Shown: in pieces, positions 1-8,235 of the stretch
Numbering within the stretch: position 1 is the first letter of the stretch
How the letters are laid out: every line of letters starts with the position of its first letter
IMG/VR virus record: IMGVR_UViG_3300022217_000075
Coordinates: 1 to 38,677 of that record
Strand: one strand, 5' to 3'
DNA: 38,677 nucleotides
Source of the DNA: a virus
Lineage: Duplodnaviria > Caudoviricetes
The notes under the pieces: generated by a model
The model's input: only the letters and a program-made list of their open reading frames with translations
Told to the model about the DNA's origin: nothing
Databases searched by the model: none
Translations under genes and position numbers: made by a program

Positions 1-1
1 G

Positions 2-373
2 GGTATAGTGCTGCACCTGGGGGACCATGACCCGAGCGGTATAGATATGACCAGGGACAACAGTGACCGGCTGGATCTGCTCTCACGTTACTCGGGAGTG
101 GTGGTCCGCAGGCTCGCTCTGAACTATGACCAGATCGAAGAGTACAATCCTCCACCTAACCCTGCAAAGATGACGGACTCTCGCTTCGAGGGTTACAGCA
201 TCAAGTACGGTGACAGCTCGTGGGAGCTTGACGCTCTGGAGCCCCGCGTGATTCGGGATCTCATCGAGGAGGAGGTACTAAAGCTCAGAGATGAACGTCT
301 CTGGAACGAAGCTGTGAAGAAACAGGAAGAGGAGCGCGAGCAGCTCAACTCATTCATAGAGACCCTCGAATAA
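2..373 (+). CDS. TopoVI-A/Spo11/JetD-like TOPRIM-domain protein, C-terminal part (5' end outside window)
   Basis: The frame is open from position 2 (GIVLHLGDHDPSG...). HLGDHDPSG resembles the DxDPxG motif of TopoVI-A/JetD TOPRIM domains and is followed by RLAL...QI and WELDAL. Confidence 0.7.
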   Translation, partial: GIVLHLGDHDPSGIDMTRDNSDRLDLLSRYSGVVVRRLALNYDQIEEYNPPPNPAKMTDSRFEGYSIKYGDSSWELDALEPRVIRDLIEEEVLKLRDERLWNEAVKKQEEEREQLNSFIETLE

Positions 374-385
374 AGGAGGTGTGTC

Positions 386-547
386 ATGGCCGAGGAAGAG
401 GTAGTGCTGTGCCAGCACTGCGATACGAAGATGGAGGTAGTAGAGAAGGGCGAGAACTACGTCTTTAGACACTGCCCTAACTGCATCTCTCTCGAAGATG
501 CGAAGAAGGAGATCAATGACTTCAAGGATCTTCGAGGTCACAATTAA
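386..547 (+). CDS. 53-aa zinc-ribbon protein (not in ORF track)
   Basis: Translated by hand: MAEEEVVLCQHCDTKMEVVEKGENYVFRHCPNCISLEDAKKEINDFKDLRGHN. It has CxxC-x17-CxxC and a strong SD (AAGGAGGT) upstream, and it fills the gap between its neighbours. Confidence 0.75.
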   Translation: MAEEEVVLCQHCDTKMEVVEKGENYVFRHCPNCISLEDAKKEINDFKDLRGHN

Positions 548-583
548 CGAGCGAGAGCTCACAACTAAAAGGAGGAAGCTGTA

Positions 584-982
584 ATGCCTAAGAAGGAGAA
601 AGAGTACAGGGTACCGAAGCGGTTAGGCACCTGCGCCGACAAGCTCTACGAGTTCAAACAGGAACGCCTGGCTGCTCAGAAGATCGTGGATGAGATGAAG
701 AAGCGGGAGAACGCGATCATCGAGCACGTCATTGCCACTCTGCCGAAGTCGGACGCCTCGGGTGTGTCTGGTAAGGTTGCCCGCGTCATGGTAACGACGA
801 AGGAAGTCCCGACGATTAAGGACTTCAAGAAACTCCAGGCGCACATCAAGAGGACCGGCAACTTCGATCTTCTCCAGCGCAGGCTCAACGCAGCTGCGGT
901 CAATGAGAGGTGGGACGTCAACAAAAACGTACCTGGTGTCGAAGCCTTTACGAAGGTAGGGGTATCACTCACTAAGGTATAA
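584..982 (+). CDS. Phage replication-module protein (coiled coil plus C-terminal VPGV beta segment; possibly Gam/Gp157-like)
   Basis: SD AAGGAGG upstream; helical N-terminal half; lies just before the SSB-like gene. The family assignment is tentative. Confidence 0.6.
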   Translation: MPKKEKEYRVPKRLGTCADKLYEFKQERLAAQKIVDEMKKRENAIIEHVIATLPKSDASGVSGKVARVMVTTKEVPTIKDFKKLQAHIKRTGNFDLLQRRLNAAAVNERWDVNKNVPGVEAFTKVGVSLTKV

Positions 983-987
983 ACCGA

Positions 988-1116
988 GTTACCAGGGGTG
1001 CGTACATACGTTGGCTGAGAGACGATACCTACATAGCGTAGTGATGCCAAAAAGCAAGGGGAAGCGAATCGCTTTTGCGTCGGAACCTTGCCAACTGTCT
1101 CACCACCCCTGGTAAC
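988..1116 (+). ncRNA. Candidate structured cis-regulatory RNA or ssDNA element upstream of the SSB-like gene
   Basis: A perfect 13-bp inverted repeat, GTTACCAGGGGTG (988-1000) / CACCCCTGGTAAC (1104-1116), encloses further stems (TTGGC/GCCAA, GCAAGG/CCTTGC, AAGC/GCTT). This is the only long intergenic gap in the + arm. Confidence 0.5.
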
Positions 1117-1143
1117 ATAACTCTAAAGTAAGGAGGTAGAAAC

Positions 1144-1953
1144 GTGGCTAAGAAAGATTCAATCGCAGTATGGGAAAAGCAAATGGCCGAGCAAGCCGAA
1201 GTTGCCGCGAAGATGGAAGCGGGAGTCGGCGGTGGTCAGTTCTTCAAGCTGCAGGGAGGTACGCTTTCCTTCGGCGGCGCGCCCATGCCCGACAATCGCA
1301 TGGCCGTCATAATTCTCGGATCCATTCTGGAGAACGTGCATTACGAGGGAGCCTACGATCCCGAGAGCAACACCGGTCCCGACTGTTTTGCTTTCGGTAC
1401 CACCGAAGAGGAGATGATCCCGCACAAGGACGTGGTGGATCCGGTTCACCCGACCTGTACTGGTTGTCCTAACAATCAGTGGGGGACCGCTGACAGGGGT
1501 AAGGGTAAAGCCTGCCGTAACACCAGGCGCCTCGCCGTCATACCTGCCGGGATCCTCGATAAAGCCGGGGATTTCGAGGCGTTTGAGAACGCCGGGGATC
1601 TTGAGTCGGAGCCCATCGCTTACTTGAAGCTCCCTATCACTTCGGTACGCGGCTACGCTACGATGGTAAAGCAGGTGGCCGGTGTGTTCAAGCGCCCGCC
1701 TCACGGTGTCTTCACGAAGGTTGAAGTAATACCGGACGAGAAGACGCAGTTCAAGGTTGTCTTCGAGACTCTGGGCAAGGTGCCTAATAAGCTCCTGTCC
1801 CTCGTCATGGAGCGTCACGCTGAGGCCGTGGAAGCCATTGACTTCCCGTACACTCCCCCGGACGATGACGATGTGAAGCCCCAGAAGCGGAAGAAGAACG
1901 TGAAGAAGGCCGCAGCGAAGAAGCCTGCGAGGAAGGCCAGAAGGAAGTTCTAA
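1144..1953 (+). CDS. Putative Zn-binding single-stranded DNA-binding protein
   Basis: PDCFAF...CTGCPNNQWGT...GKACRNTRRLAV Cys cluster typical of this phage family; GTG start with SD AAGGAGGT; sits upstream of PolA; acidic then basic C-tail. Confidence 0.65.
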   Translation: MAKKDSIAVWEKQMAEQAEVAAKMEAGVGGGQFFKLQGGTLSFGGAPMPDNRMAVIILGSILENVHYEGAYDPESNTGPDCFAFGTTEEEMIPHKDVVDPVHPTCTGCPNNQWGTADRGKGKACRNTRRLAVIPAGILDKAGDFEAFENAGDLESEPIAYLKLPITSVRGYATMVKQVAGVFKRPPHGVFTKVEVIPDEKTQFKVVFETLGKVPNKLLSLVMERHAEAVEAIDFPYTPPDDDDVKPQKRKKNVKKAAAKKPARKARRKF

Positions 1954-1956
1954 ACC

Positions 1957-2184
1957 ATGACAAAGCGCCAGAAGAAAAAGTCAGCTCCGAACTCAGTCCT
2001 GCATACCTGGAAGGCATTGAACCAGGCTATGCAGACTGCGAGAGAAGATCTCTGTCACGAGCTTCTCAATGAGGAGCTGACTGGGCGCAGACGGAAACGG
2101 TTTTTGATGCGCATCCAAAGTAGGTTGAACAGATTGGAGGGCGCGGCTGCACTTAAAGAAGTTGCAGCGAAGGCTATCACATGA
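1957..2184 (+). CDS. Small basic hypothetical protein
   Basis: Tightly packed, with an ATGA overlap with the polymerase gene. Confidence 0.65.
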   Translation: MTKRQKKKSAPNSVLHTWKALNQAMQTAREDLCHELLNEELTGRRRKRFLMRIQSRLNRLEGAAALKEVAAKAIT

Positions 2185-4103
2185 GGATGCCCCGCCCTAC
2201 AACTATCGACTTTGAGACCAAAGGTATCAAAGGCCGTCCTGATTATCCACCTAAGCCGGTAGGCGTGGCCATTAAGAAGTGGGGACGCCCCGCTCGCTAT
2301 TACGCCTGGGCTCACCCTACCGGCAATAACTGTACAAAGCGTGAAGCAGTGAAAGCCTTGAAGGAGGTCTGGAAGACTCCTGACGGGCTGCTGTTTCACA
2401 ATAGTAAGTTTGACGCGGACGTAGCCGAGGAGCACATGGGTATGAAGCGCCTCCCGTGGGACCGCTATCACGACTCCGTGTTCATGCTCTTCCTCGACGA
2501 TCCTCACAGCATGGATCTCGGCCTCAAGCCCTCAGCTGAGTGGGTACTGGGCTGGCCAGCAGAGGAGCAGGAAGAGGTTAAGGATTGGCTGCTGGAACAT
2601 CAGCCTGTTCCGGGTGTCAAGATCTCGAAGGGTAAAACATCCGAGCATTACTGGGCGGCGTATATTTCCGAAGCACCAGGCGGGCTCGTAGGCAAGTATG
2701 CTATCGGTGACGTTGACCGTGCAGCTGCGCTCTTCGAGACTCTATGGAAAGACACTTGTAAGAGGGGGATGCTCCAGGCATATAACAGAGAGCGCGAGCT
2801 AATGCCGATACTCCTGGAGAACGAGCGCCAGGGCGTGCGGATAGCAGTGAACCGGCTCCGCAAAGATGTGAAGGAGTACTCCGCACTCAAGGCGAAGATC
2901 GAGGTCTGGATACGCCGTCAGCTGAACATAGGAGAGGAGGTCAACCTGGACTCCGGTACGCAGGTAGTCGAGGCTATGGCTGCTGCAGGTAAGCTGGACC
3001 TAGATCTCCTCGGGGTGACTCCGACTGGGAAGCTCAAGTCGGATAAGGAGTCATTGAAGGTGGCCGTGAAGGATCCCATACTGGCCACTGTGCTGCGCTA
3101 CAGGACGCAGCTCAACACGTGCCTCAACACCTTTATGAAGCCGTGGCTTAGGACAGCTGAGCAGACGGGCGGGATCATCCACACGTGGTGGAACCAGGCG
3201 AAGATCTACGGGGAGGATAGCAAGAGCAGGGGTGCCAGGACTGGCAGGCTCTCATCGAGTCCGAACTTCCAGAACATCCCTAATCCCTTCTCTGTAGACT
3301 TCACGGGGATGAAGCACGTGTACCTCATACGATCCCTTCCACCGCTGCCGAAGGTCAGAGGGTATATCATACCGTGGGAGAAGGGCCACGTGCTCATTGA
3401 CAGGGACTACAGCCAGCAAGAGCTGAGGATCCTCGGCCACTATGAAGACGCTCGACTCCTCAAGACGTACCTCGACGATCCGTGGATAGATCTCCACGAC
3501 TTCGCGCGGGATATGATTAACTCCATGCTCCACCGGAACTTCAAGCGTAAGCCTATTAAGAACACCGCCTTCGGGTTGATCTATGGCATGGGCGTGGGGC
3601 TCCTGGCAAAGAACTCTAACACGACGGTAGCTGAGGCGCGGGAAGTGAAGAACGCATACCTCGCTCTGTTCCCAGGTATCAAAGAGATGTACGCAGAGAT
3701 GAAGGATCTCGCGAAGACGGACAAGCCCCTGCGCACCTGGGGAGGCCGAGAGTATTACTGCGAGGACTCGAAGCTGATAGACGGCAGGATGGTGGACTTC
3801 GATTACAAAATGATTAACGTCCTGATTCAAGGATCCGCAGCTGACTGTACGAAGCAGGCTCTCATCAACTATGACGCTATCAGGAAGCATCACCACAAGT
3901 TCTACCTCACAGTGCATGACGAGTTCCTCTCCAGCGTTCCGAGGAGCGAGATGAAGAGGGCAATGCAGGATATGAAAGAAGCGATGGAAGACGTTCACTT
4001 TGACATTCCGATGTTGAGTGAGGGTACGTGGTCCAGTAAGAACTGGACGAGCATGAAGGACTACGACAAAAAGGGGGTACTGAAATATGACGCCGCAGCC
4101 TAA
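2181..4103 (+). CDS. polA: Family A DNA polymerase with 3'-5' exonuclease domain and no 5' nuclease
   Basis: ExoI IDFET, ExoII FHNSKFD, RTGRLSSSPNFQNIP, motif A DYSQQELRIL, motif B RKPIKNTAFGLIYG, IQGSAAD, motif C TVHDE. Confidence 0.97.
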   Translation: MRMPRPTTIDFETKGIKGRPDYPPKPVGVAIKKWGRPARYYAWAHPTGNNCTKREAVKALKEVWKTPDGLLFHNSKFDADVAEEHMGMKRLPWDRYHDSVFMLFLDDPHSMDLGLKPSAEWVLGWPAEEQEEVKDWLLEHQPVPGVKISKGKTSEHYWAAYISEAPGGLVGKYAIGDVDRAAALFETLWKDTCKRGMLQAYNRERELMPILLENERQGVRIAVNRLRKDVKEYSALKAKIEVWIRRQLNIGEEVNLDSGTQVVEAMAAAGKLDLDLLGVTPTGKLKSDKESLKVAVKDPILATVLRYRTQLNTCLNTFMKPWLRTAEQTGGIIHTWWNQAKIYGEDSKSRGARTGRLSSSPNFQNIPNPFSVDFTGMKHVYLIRSLPPLPKVRGYIIPWEKGHVLIDRDYSQQELRILGHYEDARLLKTYLDDPWIDLHDFARDMINSMLHRNFKRKPIKNTAFGLIYGMGVGLLAKNSNTTVAEAREVKNAYLALFPGIKEMYAEMKDLAKTDKPLRTWGGREYYCEDSKLIDGRMVDFDYKMINVLIQGSAADCTKQALINYDAIRKHHHKFYLTVHDEFLSSVPRSEMKRAMQDMKEAMEDVHFDIPMLSEGTWSSKNWTSMKDYDKKGVLKYDAAA

Positions 4104-4770
4104 AGCACAGAGGATCTTAGCCTGGTCCTACTCACGTCTCAGTACGTACATAAAGTGTGCGCTACTCGCGAAGCTCAAGTTCATTGAGAAGCGCCAGGAG
4201 CCGAAGAACAAATTCATGGAGCATGGTATTGAAGTCCACGATAAAGCCGAGGGCTACGTGAAGGGACGTATCAAGAGATTACCGAAATGCCTGGCTCGTT
4301 TTAGAGAAGAGTTCAAGCTGCTGAAAACGAGGCTCGTGGAAGTTGAGCTGGAGCTCGCTTTCGACAAGGACTGGAAGCTCGTGAGCTGGTTCGCGAAGGA
4401 TGTCTACGTCCGGGTGAAGATGGACGTCGTTCACACCATCGACTTTCTCCGGGACAAGACTATATTTATCATCGACTATAAAACGGGGAAGGTACGCGAG
4501 GAGCAGGACAAAGAGCAGGGGGAGCTCTACGCTATAGGAGCTTTCTTAAAGAACCCCGCAGCTGAGTGGGTACAGGCTGACTTCTGGTATCTCGACGAGG
4601 GAGTGATAACCTCGGAAACCTATACTCGTAGCCAGCTCAAAAAGCTCCAGGCGAAGTGGAAGAAGAAGGCCAGGCCGTTGCTCAATGACAGGATCTTCGC
4701 GCCGAAGCCGGGGAACCATTGCCGGTGGTGCCACTTCCGCAAAGATAATGGTGGACCCTGTGAGTATTAA
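4087..4770 (+). CDS. Cas4/RecB-like PD-(D/E)XK exonuclease
   Basis: WSYSRL..C, G..VH, EVE, KMD, IIDYKTG, Q..LY and a C-terminal CRWC...C Fe-S staple motif. Confidence 0.9.
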   Translation: MTPQPKAQRILAWSYSRLSTYIKCALLAKLKFIEKRQEPKNKFMEHGIEVHDKAEGYVKGRIKRLPKCLARFREEFKLLKTRLVEVELELAFDKDWKLVSWFAKDVYVRVKMDVVHTIDFLRDKTIFIIDYKTGKVREEQDKEQGELYAIGAFLKNPAAEWVQADFWYLDEGVITSETYTRSQLKKLQAKWKKKARPLLNDRIFAPKPGNHCRWCHFRKDNGGPCEY

Positions 4771-5014
4771 CGTCACTCTGGATCTCTGCGGGTTCAAGAG
4801 GGAATTGGTGATCCACGCTAACACGCCTCCACGGATCTTTCAGATCGGGCTGCACGATAACGATCCTCTGCACTCAGTCCCGACGCTCGGCAACCTGGAG
4901 CCGAGGCTAATGCGGTACTACAAGCTGACGTTTGAGTACATTGGTAACAACACCTACCGGTGCAAGGATTTTCAAACAGTGAAGGAAGCGGTAAAGTTTC
5001 AATGCGAATACTAG
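4748..5014 (+). CDS. Hypothetical protein (start uncertain)
   Basis: The ORF fills the gap between the exonuclease and VRR-NUC and overlaps both. ATG 4748 is preferred to 4685 because it shortens the overlap. Confidence 0.5.
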   Translation: MVDPVSINVTLDLCGFKRELVIHANTPPRIFQIGLHDNDPLHSVPTLGNLEPRLMRYYKLTFEYIGNNTYRCKDFQTVKEAVKFQCEY

Positions 5015-5316
5015 AAACTCATATCGAGAGGAAGGTGTGCTACGACGCACAGACGAAGCTCGGGATCCGCAGCATTAAGCTGACTCCTGCAGGACAGACG
5101 GCGTATAATGACCGAGTGTTCTGGATCCCAGGAGGTAGGCCGCTGCTGATCGAGTTTAAACTGCCGGGGAAAGAACCGGAGCCGAAGCAGGAGTACATCC
5201 ACGATATGCTCATAGATCTCGGTTACAACGTACAGGTGCATGATGACTATGACGAAGCTATGCAGGCAATCCGCGAAGCCGTGGAAGCCTCACAAGTATC
5301 AGACAAAGGCCGTTAA
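5002..5316 (+). CDS. VRR-NUC domain nuclease (putative junction resolvase)
   Basis: LETHIERKV...DRVF...LLIEFK.PG...Q pattern, directly upstream of an SNF2 helicase as is usual for this family. ATG 5002 is the likely start. Confidence 0.88.
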   Translation: MRILETHIERKVCYDAQTKLGIRSIKLTPAGQTAYNDRVFWIPGGRPLLIEFKLPGKEPEPKQEYIHDMLIDLGYNVQVHDDYDEAMQAIREAVEASQVSDKGR

Positions 5317-6742
5317 ATTTCTGCTGGAGCACGCCTGCGCTGCGCTGTTCCTGGACCCCGGACTCGGGAAGACGTCGATCACGCTGGCCGCGATCAAGTA
5401 TCTAAAGTCGAGGGGGATCATCAATAAGGTTCTCGTAGTCGCGCCGCTGCGCGTGTGCCACGAGGTGTGGCCAGTGGAGGTAGAGGAGTGGAAGGACTTC
5501 AACGGGCTCAACATCACTGTGCTGCACGGACCGACTAAGGATAAGGATCTCTACCGCAGCAATAAGACGGATGTCTTCGTCATCAATCCCGAAGGTCTGG
5601 ACTGGCTGCTCGACACTGTGAAGACGAAGAACTCACGGGGCAAAGTAATGGCGCACGTGAACGTCAATAAGTTTAAGAAGCTGGGCTTCGATACGTTGGT
5701 GATCGACGAGCTCAGTAAGTTCAAGCACCCAGGCACCGGCAGGTTCAAGGCTCTGAAACACGTACTCCCTACCTTCCAGCGGCGCTGGGGATTGACGGGT
5801 ACTCCCATGCCTAACGGCCTGCTGGATCTCTTCGGCCAGGTCTTCGTACTGGATCTCGGCAACGCGCTCGGGCGCTACATCACTCACTACCGGAGTGAGT
5901 ACTTCGAGCAGAAGGATTTCATGGGCTACGTCTGGGAGCCCCGAGAAGGAGCAGAGCAGGAGATCTACGAAGCACTGCACCCCCTGGCACTCCGCATGTC
6001 AGCTGAGGACTACCTTGACATGCCTAAGCTCATCAATAATAACATCTTCGTTGAGCTGCCGAAGAAGGCGTACAAGGTCTACGACCAGGTGGAGCAGGAT
6101 CTCTTCTCTCGCGTGCAGGACAGGACCATAGTAGCAGCCAACGCAGCTGCAGCGTCCACGAAGTGCAGGCAGGTAGCGAATGGTGCAGTGTACCTGGACG
6201 CGGAGATCAAGGCTCTGGTGAAAGCTCAGTCGTTCCGCGAGTACGCCGAGCTCCACACGGAGAAGACGAAGGCGCTGCTGGATCTTATAAGTGAGCTTCA
6301 GGGCGCGCAGCTCCTAGTGGCCTACGAGTTCGAGCACGACCTTGACCGGTTACAGGAAGCCCTCGGGTATGACGTGCCGTTCATAGGTGGTGGAGTAAAC
6401 CGGAAGGAGACGTCGAGGATCATCAAGGCGTGGAACTCTAGTAAGATCCCAGTGCTGCTGGCACATCCTAAAGCTGCTGGTCACGGACTTAATCTACAAA
6501 CTGGAGGGTGTCACCACGTGTGCTGGTACTCTATACCGTGGGACTACGAGCTCTACGATCAGCTTATCAGGAGAGTGTACCGGCAGGGGAATAAATCTGA
6601 CCGCGTGTTCATCTATCACATTCTCTCGCGGGGAACCATAGACGAAACTATAATGCTCGCGCTGCACGGTAAGGAGCGGAGCCAGAAGGCTCTCTTCACT
6701 GCGCTCAAGGAACTCCGTGCGAAGCGGCTGAAAGGAGGTTGA
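5240..6742 (+). CDS. SNF2-family (SF2) helicase
   Basis: PHKYQ, DPGLGKT (Walker A), VIDELS (Walker B), GLTGTP, GHGLNLQ, Q...RVYRQG. Confidence 0.95.
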   Translation: MMTMTKLCRQSAKPWKPHKYQTKAVKFLLEHACAALFLDPGLGKTSITLAAIKYLKSRGIINKVLVVAPLRVCHEVWPVEVEEWKDFNGLNITVLHGPTKDKDLYRSNKTDVFVINPEGLDWLLDTVKTKNSRGKVMAHVNVNKFKKLGFDTLVIDELSKFKHPGTGRFKALKHVLPTFQRRWGLTGTPMPNGLLDLFGQVFVLDLGNALGRYITHYRSEYFEQKDFMGYVWEPREGAEQEIYEALHPLALRMSAEDYLDMPKLINNNIFVELPKKAYKVYDQVEQDLFSRVQDRTIVAANAAAASTKCRQVANGAVYLDAEIKALVKAQSFREYAELHTEKTKALLDLISELQGAQLLVAYEFEHDLDRLQEALGYDVPFIGGGVNRKETSRIIKAWNSSKIPVLLAHPKAAGHGLNLQTGGCHHVCWYSIPWDYELYDQLIRRVYRQGNKSDRVFIYHILSRGTIDETIMLALHGKERSQKALFTALKELRAKRLKGG

Positions 6743-6746
6743 GTAA

Positions 6747-6860
6747 ATGGAGTGGAGAGATGTAAGACTTTTAGAAGTGGGGCTTAATCGCATCGTAGTA
6801 GCTTTAGTATTCATAGGGCTGTCAATTATATCATTAGCTATTACTATTGCAATTAAGTAA
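6747..6860 (+). CDS. 37-aa single-pass membrane peptide (not in ORF track)
   Basis: Translated by hand: MEWRDVRLLEVGLNRIVVALVFIGLSIISLAITIAIK. SD AAGGAGG lies 8 nt upstream, and its stop overlaps the next gene's SD. Confidence 0.7.
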   Translation: MEWRDVRLLEVGLNRIVVALVFIGLSIISLAITIAIK

Positions 6861-6871
6861 GGAGGTTAAAA

Positions 6872-7252
6872 GTGGCGCGATCTAAATGGAGTATAGCCTG
6901 CCTGGAGGAGAGGTTGAAGCCGTCGAAAGATCTCAAGCACGCTATTGATCTGAGCGGCTGGGAGTTCTTCCCTGTAGTGGGCGTGACAGCTAAGCAATTT
7001 GTCGATACTGTTGCGAAGTACGAGTGCGAGGCAAAGTTTATCCAGGTGAGGGGTAGCATAGTGCAATATCAGATCCACGGGAGCTGGAGCAAGAACTGTT
7101 ACATAGACTTCGGTATAGATCTCGGGATCCTCAATGTGTTAAAGGGCAAGCGCCCGCAGCAGCTCACGTATATTCGTAGTGAGTTCGTAAACTGGATTGG
7201 TCAATTAGAGAGATCCAAAAGGGTAGCTGAGAAGTGCAGAAAATTGAGCTAG
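6872..7252 (+). CDS. Hypothetical protein
   Basis: GTG start with SD TAAGGAGGT; no recognised motif. Confidence 0.7.
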   Translation: MARSKWSIACLEERLKPSKDLKHAIDLSGWEFFPVVGVTAKQFVDTVAKYECEAKFIQVRGSIVQYQIHGSWSKNCYIDFGIDLGILNVLKGKRPQQLTYIRSEFVNWIGQLERSKRVAEKCRKLS

Positions 7253-7512
7253 ACAACGGGTGCATCATACTGATACCTACCGATGAGTTTGCAAAGCTGT
7301 GCCTTGAGAAGCACGGCCAGAATAATGCCCCGTCGATTAGAGAGGATCTGACCACATTACTAACCCCTAAAAAGAAGGAGGATAGCCATGCCAGGACCGG
7401 AAGAGAAGGACAGGACAGAAGAAGAGGAGAAGGGCCAGGAGAAAAGTTCATCTATCGAAAAGGGCGCGGAAACTTCTCCGCACGAAAGCTCTTCCGAAGT
7501 TGGTGGAGCTGA
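7234..7512 (+). CDS. Possible hypothetical protein
   Basis: It fills the 7253-7387 gap but overlaps the next gene by 125 nt and has no clear SD. Confidence 0.35.
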   Translation: MQKIELDNGCIILIPTDEFAKLCLEKHGQNNAPSIREDLTTLLTPKKKEDSHARTGREGQDRRRGEGPGEKFIYRKGRGNFSARKLFRSWWS

Positions 7513-7978
7513 GGGTGAAGGAGCAGCAGAAGGGGAGGGCGAGATCAAGGACTTCGGTGAAGCGGCGCGTGAGCAGGCAGAGGAGGCCGAAAAGACCGAG
7601 GGCTCAGAAGAGGAAGCTACTACTCCGGGCAAGACCGAAGGAGGAGATACACCTACCGGAGATCCCAGCGCCGAGACTCCTCAGCCAGCAGCAGGGGATG
7701 AGAAGGAGAACCCCGAGAAGGAGCCCGAGACAACGGATCTCGTAGTACTCCAGAAGGTTGAAGGGTTGAATGGGATCCGCATCCATTCTCTCGAAGGGCT
7801 TACGATCCACGAAGTGCGGGGGATCCTCAAGGAAGCAGACTCCATGTGTGAGGCTACTACAATCAGCGGAACCATTATGAAAATGTTCAAGATGCCGATG
7901 GGCGCACCGCCTGCTGGCAAGAATCAAAAAGGATTTAGAGGTTACAAAGGAGGGAAAGGGCGCAGGGACGGTCACTAG
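7388..7978 (+). CDS. Protein with a long acidic disordered N-terminus, small folded core and basic Gly-rich tail
   Basis: SD AAGGAGG; the first ~115 aa are E/G/K/P-rich; last gene of the + arm. Confidence 0.75.
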   Translation: MPGPEEKDRTEEEEKGQEKSSSIEKGAETSPHESSSEVGGAEGEGAAEGEGEIKDFGEAAREQAEEAEKTEGSEEEATTPGKTEGGDTPTGDPSAETPQPAAGDEKENPEKEPETTDLVVLQKVEGLNGIRIHSLEGLTIHEVRGILKEADSMCEATTISGTIMKMFKMPMGAPPAGKNQKGFRGYKGGKGRRDGH

Positions 7979-8235
7979 CGCCTGGGCGGGTACTTCCCTC
8001 CCCACTGTAGAACGCGTCTCTTATTCCACCCGTGGAGCTTGCCCTTACGGACCTCTGCGGGTGGAAATTTTTGTGGAGTCTTCGCTACGAAGATCCTAGT
8101 CCTGCCAGGTAAAGCCATTAAGCCCAGAGCAACAATGCGCCCAGGTATGTGAGGACCGCCGACGTCGGGAGTCTTCGCCGTGAAGGTGTACTTCTTACCT
8201 GGTACAGCAGCAGGATGTAGGTGTGTGCGTATCAT
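7975..8235 (-). CDS. Small basic protein, last gene of the late arm
   Basis: TAATG coupling to the upstream gene; internal repeat AVPGKKYTFTAKTP / ALPGRTRIFVAKTP. Confidence 0.7.
   Translation of the reverse strand: MIRTHLHPAAVPGKKYTFTAKTPDVGGPHIPGRIVALGLMALPGRTRIFVAKTPQKFPPAEVRKGKLHGWNKRRVLQWGGKYPPRR

Noticed and set aside
988-1116. tRNA or simple terminator in the pre-SSB gap
   Set aside because: No cloverleaf or T-loop consensus, and no short stem followed by a U tract; retained only as a candidate structured element.
4087-4770. CRISPR-Cas locus suggested by the Cas4-like gene
   Set aside because: No repeat-spacer array or other cas genes; solo Cas4-like nucleases are common in phage replication modules.
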